DNA of 64,000 nt from Isurus oxyrinchus (Eukaryota): contig JANJGN010000189.1 in NCBI GenBank assembly GCA_026770705.1, positions 248,001 to 312,000 on the forward strand. The letters run 5' to 3'. Below the pieces are notes generated by a model that was given only the letters and a program-made list of their open reading frames with translations, was not told the DNA's origin and ran no database searches. Below are positions 63,060 to 64,000 of the stretch, one piece after another. The position numbers were made by a program, and so were the translations under genes. Each line of letters opens with the position of its first letter. Position 1 is the first letter of the stretch.

Positions 63060-63199
63060 TCAAACAGTCTGTCGACTTCCTTTCACTGTTTGTCTCTCCC
63101 AGACACAGACTCCAGTGATAGTGATAACCACAGCCACAAGGAATATCACAGCTCGTATTCCCAGGATCAGGATCACGTGCAGAATCTCTCCTCCACTGT
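63060..63199 (-). CDS. Gene A terminal TM exon: (D)SGGEILHVILILGIRAVIFLVAVVITITGVCVWERQTVKGSRQTV*; remainder presumably beyond the window
   Basis: Paralog of 11605-11744 with the same acceptor, Arg codon at 63153-63155 and stop position (TGA vs TAA). Confidence 0.85.
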
Positions 63200-64000
63200 C
63201 TAGAGAACACACAGAAAGAAATCATCACTGACTCTCCACTTTCAATCTCTCACTCTGGCTGAACAATCAAGCTTCATAACACTGCAACATTTGCTGTAAT
63301 ATTGACCCATCCACTGGGATTCAATGTGGAATGAATGTTTTCATTGTAAACACTCCAAGAGTGGACAATCGGAACTTTCCCCTTAGCGTGGAACATTGGT
63401 GAGAATGGATCATTGTGCTGTTGGACTCCCTGTCCAATGTTTCTCTCCATCGCTGTGTACAGGATTGTGCTGTAGAAAATTCTGGAAATGTTTAGTGCAG
63501 GGTGGAAATCCATCTCGGATGCGTGTGCGAATCGGGCAGGATCGAGATGGACTCCCCCACGGACTTACACACCCCGCTAAATAAACAGTTCCAATCTTTA
63601 CCCAGAGAGAGGGGAGAATGTGGAACTCACTCCCACTGGGAATGGTTGAGGTGAACAGTATCGATGTATTTAAGGGGCAGGAGGGTCGGTAACCAGAGGG
63701 GCACAGATTGACGAACCGGAGGGGGAGATGAGGAGAATTTGTTTTGACAGAGCGAGTTGTTGTGATCTGGAAGGTGCTGCCTGAAAGGGTGGTGGAAGCA
63801 GATTCAATAGGAACTTTCAAAAGGGGAATTGGATAAACACTTGAAGGAGGAAGATGGGGGCAAAGTGGAGTGGTGGTTAGTGGATCTGATTGGATAGAAC
63901 ATTGAAAGACCTGGCACAGGCACAATGGGCTGAATGGCCTCCTCCTGTGCTGTATCATTCTCCGCTTCCATGATCTCTCCCCCAGTCAGTAACCACTCCA

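Overview
Vertebrate genomic DNA. The repeat landscape (CR1, L2-type and RTE LINEs, Penelope, Gypsy remnants, 33-bp SINE-derived arrays) suggests a cartilaginous fish (shark). Most listed ORFs are spurious; the real genes are spliced and were rebuilt by hand from GT-AG sites and exon phases. (1) The + strand carries exons 2-3 of a hepcidin gene (1813-1869, 4274-4390) with an atypical 29-aa mature peptide, missed by the ORF track. (2) The - strand carries a head-to-tail cluster of Siglec-like receptors on a MAG/Siglec-4-type scaffold that looks like a paired activating/inhibitory system. Gene A is represented only by its terminal TM exon with an intramembrane Arg (63060-63199). Gene B (59913->33701, 881 aa) is leader-V-V-C-C-C-C-C-neutral TM, followed by two tandem alternative cytoplasmic cassettes, one ITIM+ITSM and one ITSM only. 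Gene C (23743->11605, 409 aa) is leader-V-V-C-TM(Arg)-short tail. B and C share a ~10.7-kb near-identical 5' block but diverge in the V-domain loops, and B's first V domain has lost the sialic-acid-binding Arg. All gene models are predictions without transcript evidence, repeat boundaries are approximate, and several N gaps interrupt the assembly.
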